Origin: the human T2T-CHM13v2.0 reference genome, Homo sapiens
Assembly (NCBI RefSeq): GCF_009914755.1
Contig: NC_060942.1
Strand: one strand, 5' to 3'
Length of the DNA: 64,000 bases
A program made the translations under genes and the position numbers. Below, piece by piece: positions 56,858-64,000 of the stretch. Position 1 is the first letter of the stretch, and every line of letters starts with the position of its first letter. The notes beneath the pieces are model-generated. The model was not told the DNA's origin, searched no databases, and saw nothing but the letters and a program-made list of their open reading frames with translations.

Positions 56858-58806
56858 ATCTCTATTTATTCCTTCTTCCCTTCCACACCCTGACATCCTA
56901 AAAAGCATCCCCACATAACTGAGGAGACTAAACTGGTCCACTACCTTCAGCTCTATGCTCAGGTTAAAGAGAAGGAAAGAAATTCAAAAGGGGGAGCCCT
57001 TTGAAGAGTTGTCAGTGACTGGAGAGGGATGTGGCCTCTCGCTGCTGGGGCACACTGAGAGGTGGAGGAGGGAAAGCAAAGAGGACTGCCCACACTCCTG
57101 CCTCCACGCTGTGATGAGTGCCCTGTGCAGGGAAGATGGAAAGAGTTAGGATTAAATTGGGGGTGACATTTTAAGTTAAATGCTACTGGAAGTTTATAAA
57201 CTAAAAGTAAAAGTTAGCCTGACATGTTAAGGAGTCAGGAATGGAAATTCAACTAAAAATGTTTCAAGACAGACAAAGAAAGTAAAATGAAGCCATTTCC
57301 TGTTCGCACCCCCGCTGGTTCAGCCTACTCAACAGACCATCTTTCTCCAGCCCCGGGAGATTCTGTCTAGCCTGGGGAAAATTCTTCTCCCTTCGTGCTT
57401 CTTCCAGAACTACTGGGACTGACCTAAGAGCATAGATTTTGGAAAGATAAAAGTCAGTCACATTTAGAAGTTACTCCACTCACTTGCCTGCCACATTCCT
57501 GCTGAGGGAAAATGAAGACAGGGTGAACTCCAGCTCAGATGAAAAGGCAGGAAAAAATATTTAGAGAGTCTTCTCATAAAACATGAGCCCAGACACACCA
57601 GTCAAAAACAAAACATCAGAGACCAGAGCGGTAAAGAGGAGGGCAGCTCAAAGCAGGAGGCTCCCTGGCCTTGCTTCCTAAAATCCTCCCGTGCAATGGC
57701 TCCTTCAGCTCATACGCACCCTCTGCCTTTAGATCAGCCAGGCAGTCTCTGTCTGAGGCCCCGGGTTTCCTGGCTGTCAAAATAGATACCAAGAGCTGGT
57801 TCCAGACACCTCACAGAGTGGCATTGAGTCAAATACGGTTTCATGGACTTAAACAAAAAAGAAACTCTGCAAACTCTGCAAATGTCCCCAGACATCATCA
57901 CTGCATATGACTGAGGCCCTTATGGAGACCAGTTCCCTCTGTAATTCTCCTAAGGATATATATAGTGCATTCATGCTGTGTCACTCTCATTGGGACTTTG
58001 CAATCCAGTATTCTCCTAATTTTAAACATGCATGGCCCCAGCTTACAAACAAGTTGTGTTCCAAAAGTGCATTTACAGTTTGGTTAGTTGGCACCCAAAA
58101 TTCGGTTTCACATGAAAACCTCGCTAAAACTAATCCATAATGCATGTGCAATCACACTGGTAGAAAACAATGCTGTTATACTGTGGTAATGAAGTCAAAC
58201 GGAAAAATACGTGTACCGTATATTTAAACTAACCAAGTAATAGTACATTCACTAGCTTAAAGCCAGGTACTTGACATTCTGTCCTAATGCTTGAATGTTG
58301 CTGTTTCCTGCATCTTGAGGCCTAATGTGGGGCACGAAGCCAGTCTATTATAATATGAAGGGATATGGAAAATTGTGATGGAATTCCTGACAAATCAGAA
58401 CCACCCACACATTTCTCCTCTAGGACTTCCCTGAGCCACCTCTGGCCTCCTCCACCATCACTGTCTGCCCACTGCCCACTTCCTGGCTCCACCCCACTCT
58501 TAACACATTTCCCATCTTCCTCCTGCAACTCCAGCATGGATGAGAGCCACACACAAGGTGCTAAGGTTTAGAGGAAGAAAGAGTTGACATTTCTACTTTT
58601 AAATTTACTAAAAACAATTCAATTGCAAAGAAAAACAATTTCAGGGGCTCAATTGCTGTGGTCTAACCCAGACTGACCTGAGGTAGCCAGGGGTGCCCTG
58701 GTGGCACCACACCTGGACTCGGGGGACTCATGGGTCCACTCTAGAATCAGTCTCTTTCTCTACATCTAGAATGGGTGTCACCATTTAGGGCTGCAGACCA
58801 CATGTC

Positions 58807-58967
58807 CAGGACTGGCTACACAATTTGTGGGTTCCAGTACAAGATACAAATGCAGAGTCCCTTGTTCAAAGATATTAAAAATTTCAGGACAGTGACAACA
58901 AAGCCTGGGCCCCTGTACATAGACTCTGTGTGACTACCCAGGTGGCATAACCCTGAAACTGGCCCTG
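58807..58967 (-). mobile_element. MER45A-like hAT MITE
   Basis: Imperfect TIRs CAGGACTGGCT ... AACTGGCCCTG; internal CCCTTGTTCAAAGATATTAAAAATTTCA. Confidence 0.7.
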
Positions 58968-59427
58968 AAAATGACACCAACTTGATGGACAACCTTGACA
59001 CATCTGGGTCATGTCCAAATTCTTGGAAAAGAATGGTCATTTCCTGTTCAGATTTCCCAAATGACTCCCCCTTTAGCCTCCTTTCATTCTGTGGACTGTG
59101 CCCAGGGCCCTCAAGAAACTGGACTCTGATTCCTGGCCACAGAGACTCCCTTTGCCTCCAAGGCCCCAAGTCTATGTGGTAGAGCAGATAACGCTCCAAA
59201 CCAGCACTTACATGCCACCTCTCACTGTGGTCCTGTACAAAATTCCTTCTATTTACAAACTTTCAAAAATAAGAACACAGTGTTCCAGGGCCAAGGCAAC
59301 AGACATAGGCTGCAGAGGTCACCTGGGTCCTTTTCATCTCAGCATCTGTTTGTTCACTGTCCACACCTTCAGCATGCTGGCTGCATCCAGGTCTTTCTTT
59401 AGGTCTTTGGCCAACATCAAACCACAG

Positions 59428-60036
59428 TGTGATGGCTAATTTTATGTGTCAATTTGATTGGGCCCCAGGGTGCCCAGACATTTGGTCCAACATTATTCCG
59501 GATGTGTCCATGAGGGTGTTTTTGGATCAGATTAACATCCACATTGGTAGACTGAGTAAAGCAGATTGTCCTTCCTAATGTGAGCCTTATCCAATCAGCT
59601 GAAGCCTGAATAGAACAAAAGATTGACCCTCCTGTGAGTAAGGGGGTAAAAACTCCTCCTGCTGCCTGCCTTGAGCTGAGATATGACTCTTCTCCCGCCT
59701 TTGAACTCATTGGGAAACATTGGCTCTTCATGGGTCTCAAGTCTGCCGGCTTTTGGACGAGAACTTACATCATTGGCTCTCCTGGTTCTCCGGCCTTTGA
59801 ACCCAGACTGAAACCACACCATCGGCTCTCCTGGGTCTCCAGCTTGCTAACTACAGATCTTGGGACTTCTCTGCTTCAACAATGGTATGAGCTGATTCCT
59901 TATTTTATTTATATCATGTATATAAACATTACAATATATTAGTTCATATAATAAATGTGAATTTCATATATATATATATGTGTGTGTATATATATCCTAT
60001 TGGTTCTGTTTTTCTGGAGAATCACAATGAATACAC
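59428..60036 (+). mobile_element. MLT2-type (ERVL) solo LTR
   Basis: TGTGATGGCTAATTTTATGTGTCAA ... CCTATTGGTTCTGTTTTTCTGGAGAA...AATACA. Confidence 0.85.
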
Positions 60037-60062
60037 TCAGTCTCAGGATTCAGAGTGCTCAT

Positions 60063-60551
60063 GGCCAGGTAAGTACTAGTATATTTGTAACCAAGGTACA
60101 CATAGACTTAAAAAACAAAAAAAACAAAACATAGCAATTATAACAAAGGCCCACCCTCCACCCATCACTGAAAGGCCCTTCTTGTGCTTGATCTCGTATA
60201 CTTTAGGCAAGTGTGATGTTGTGTCTGTATACTGTGGCAAAATCAGCCACATGGTTGGTGGCTTATGCCTGTAATCTCAGCACTTTGGCAGGCCAAGGCA
60301 GGAGGATTGCTTAAAGCCAAGAGTTCAAGACTAGCCTGGGCAACAAAGCAAGACCCAGCCTTTATAAAAATTAGCCTGGTGCAGTGGTGCATATCTGTAG
60401 TCCCAGCTACTCAGGAGGCTTAGGCAGGAGGATCCCTTGAGCCCAGGAGTTCAAGGCTGCAGCAAGCTGTGAGGGTGCCACTGTACACCAGCCTGGGTGA
60501 CAGAGTGAGACCGTATCTCCAAAAGAAATTCAAAAAGAAAAAGGAAAAGAA
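60063..60551 (+). mobile_element. AluJ interrupted near its 5' end by a 180-bp insertion
   Basis: GGCCAGG at 60063; Alu resumes at ~60250. Degenerate TSD AGTGC(T/C)CAT at 60054-60062 and 60552-60560. Confidence 0.8.
60067..60246 (+). repeat. Copy 1 of a 180-bp near-identical direct repeat
   Basis: Matches 61681-61859 with one substitution and one A-tract indel. Confidence 0.97.
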
Positions 60552-61143
60552 AGTGCCCATGGTCAACAGTGTATAAATGCCCTCCAACCAAAGTCCACCA
60601 AGAACACACCTGTAGCTGACGAGGTGTTGGGTGTACTTCTCATAGTGAGATAGAACTACACCAGGGGAACCATGGGGCATCTCAATAACAGTGTGTTAGA
60701 AAAATTCTATTATGGGGTTGGGGCTTGGGGGGTTATTAAAGAGGAACCAGGAAGGCAGAGGCTTTCCCTGGATTGCACAATATCAGAAAGTGAGGACAAT
60801 TCTGTGATTGGTTATGTCGAGAAAACTTATCTATGAGAGGGCTCGCTAGAGCAGGAATAAAGCTATAATTGGTAAAGAAACAGCAGTCACTCATATTAGC
60901 CAAGGGAGGAATGCTTATAATTTTGTGGGTGACACAATAACTACTTTTGTCTGTGCCTAAGCAAAATTATGAAGTGGCCTTGTTTTGTCTAAGTGACCTT
61001 GTCTGATGTTGGTGTTCTGAAAGATCGTTTGTCTCTCTGCTTCATGTTCTCAGTCGTTTCTACTCCCCTGGTTCCCTTTGTTCTACCCCCACACCCTGAC
61101 CAGCCCTGCTATCCTGGAAGAGAGCTAAAAGCTCAACTTGTGA

Positions 61144-61569
<426 letters not shown>

Positions 61570-61680
61570 CAACTGTGACTCCCTTTCTAAAATCCCTCTA
61601 CTCTGAATTACCAAAAACCAAGTGCTGTGCTGAAGCCTTTAATATATATTCACCAATTCAATCCTTACTACAACCCTAGA

Positions 61681-61859
61681 AGGTAAGTACTAGTATATTT
61701 GTAACCAAGGTACACATAGACTTAAAAAACAAAAAAACAAAACATAGCAATTATAACAAAGACCCACCCTCCACCCATCACTGAAAGGCCCTTCTTGTGC
61801 TTGATCTCGTATACTTTAGGCAAGTGTGATGTTGTGTCTGTATACTGTGGCAAAATCAG
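61681..61859 (+). repeat. Copy 2 (likely donor) of the 180-bp direct repeat
   Basis: Matches 60067-60246; its 5' end is continuous with upstream MIR-like sequence. Confidence 0.97.
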
Positions 61860-61939
61860 AGAACTTCCCTTTCCAGTCTGGGCACTATTTGCAGAGTAAT
61901 CTTCTTATTGCTTGACCCTGGATCAAAAACCCACACTGT

Positions 61940-62279
<340 letters not shown>

Positions 62280-62614
62280 CTAGAGAATTAAGCTCAAATT
62301 CCTTCCATCAAGACTTCGCCTAATTTGGCTTTCAACTGCTTTATTGTCCTCAGTTCCCCTTTTCCCCCTAAGTGAGCTCTCTACCGTGGTCAAAGCCATA
62401 CATTCGTAGGCCCCCTGAACACATCAAATGCATTTCCACATCTGCAGTATTCTTTCAAATTGAAACATTCCCCTGCCTCCATCCAATCTCAGGCTATCTC
62501 TCCTGTTCAACTCAAGTCTGACTTCAGCTGTAAAGCTTTTCTGGCATGTATCTGGTGCTATTTCATATAGTTATTTATGTTTTTATGCATTACCCGTGTT
62601 GTCCCAAAGAGACC

Positions 62615-62970
62615 TGGGGTAGATAGTTTGCAAAACGGCCACAGTAATTTCTCCCATGCCTGTATGTATGTATGCCCCTTTGCCATTTCTATCCTCAAGA
62701 GGTCTTCACTCGTTGAATCTGAGCTTGAATCGGAATATGACCTGTTTTGGCCATTGGTGTGTTAGAAACCCCTGAGACCGCCAAACAGCTGGCCAACTAC
62801 CAAATGTGTGAGCAAAGCCAACCTAAATCATCCAGCCCCTGCTAAGCTGGCCTGATCGGAAAAGCCATTCCAACCAATCCATGGAATTGTAAGCAAAATA
62901 AGAAATGTTTGTTTTTATATGTCAGTACTTTAGGGGATGGCTTGTTATGCAGCCAAAGCTAACAGATATA
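62615..62970 (+). mobile_element. MLT1-type MaLR LTR remnant
   Basis: 3' end TTTAGGGGATGGCTTGTTATGCAGCCAAAGCTAACAGATA typical of MLT1. Confidence 0.6.
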
Positions 62971-63146
62971 AGATTCTTAGCCCCTTCAGGAGCTGAGTTA
63001 CTTTACCTGAATCCTCAGAATCCAGCCTTGCACATGGGATCAAGTTCTCAATAAATATTTGCTTTTGATGATAACAACTGAAATACAGAAAGCTGGAAAC
63101 TGAGGTTTGAAGGATGAGAGGCCTAGCCTTCCCATGCTTAAAGCCT

Positions 63147-63412
<266 letters not shown>

Positions 63413-64000
63413 TTACACAACAACTTACCTGTGCACTAACAGGTAAGTTGTGGATTCAGCTGCTGGAGTGGCAGGAAGGGGTTGACTTTGGGAAGAGATA
63501 GGCAGCCTGTGGCAGTGAGCTGTTACTCGTTTTATCATTCTTTCATCCATTGATCAAATGTTTATTGAACACCTACCATGTGCCTGGTGTTGTGCTGGGG
63601 ACTAAGAACAAGGAAATGAACAAGCCATGACCCTGGTTCTCAGGGGCTCTAGGTCTAGAAGGAGACAAGCATCAGAACACATCTGACCATCCCTGGATTA
63701 AATTCAACAAGAAAAGAGGTTAGCCGGAGGACTTCTTTGTGCCAAGTCCCATGTTCCAGGGTTCATTTCCTGAACAAATTGATCATGTTGTTCTTTGACC
63801 TCTTCCGCTGGTGAAAATTCATACATATTTTCCCAAAGCTATAAGTTCCTATTTTCTTAACCAGATTACACTGCTCATTAGGAAAACAAGTGAAAAAAAT
63901 GAGTCCTTAATGATATAATCATCTAATTCCTTCAGAGGTAACAACACTGTCTGTGCAGCTGGGTCCTGAGAACCACATGCTCTGACAATGTCAATACTTC

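Noticed and set aside
43400-59400. Possible second gene or lncRNA upstream of INO80C
   Set aside because: No CpG island, coherent exon chain or recognisable protein. Non-coding transcripts cannot be excluded from sequence alone.

Overview
Primate (human-like) genomic DNA, rich in Alu, L1 and LTR repeats. It contains one complete protein-coding gene on the minus strand: INO80C (IES6, INO80 complex subunit C; recalled as human chr18q12). Five constitutive exons (39292-39137, 21978-21868, 20826-20715, 19764-19697, 10129-9998) have canonical GT-AG ends and splice to a 192-aa ORF. There is a CpG-island promoter at about 39.0-39.55 kb and an AATAAA at 9742-9737. The most notable structure is a full-length THE1 (MaLR) provirus in intron 1, sense to the gene, with a 5-bp TSD. 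Each of its two LTRs contains an in-frame 54-nt cassette exon, giving a 228-aa isoform if both are used. The 3' LTR also keeps a DUX4-type motif, a TATA-like box and an in-frame Kozak ATG. Other oddities are a ~99% identical 180-bp templated insertion splitting an Alu 5' end (60.07 vs 61.68 kb) and an old ~140-bp local duplication inside an L1M. The region 40-64 kb looks intergenic and repeat-derived. Most ORFs in the supplied track are spurious or repeat-derived. Repeat subfamily calls are by eye from remembered consensus sequences.
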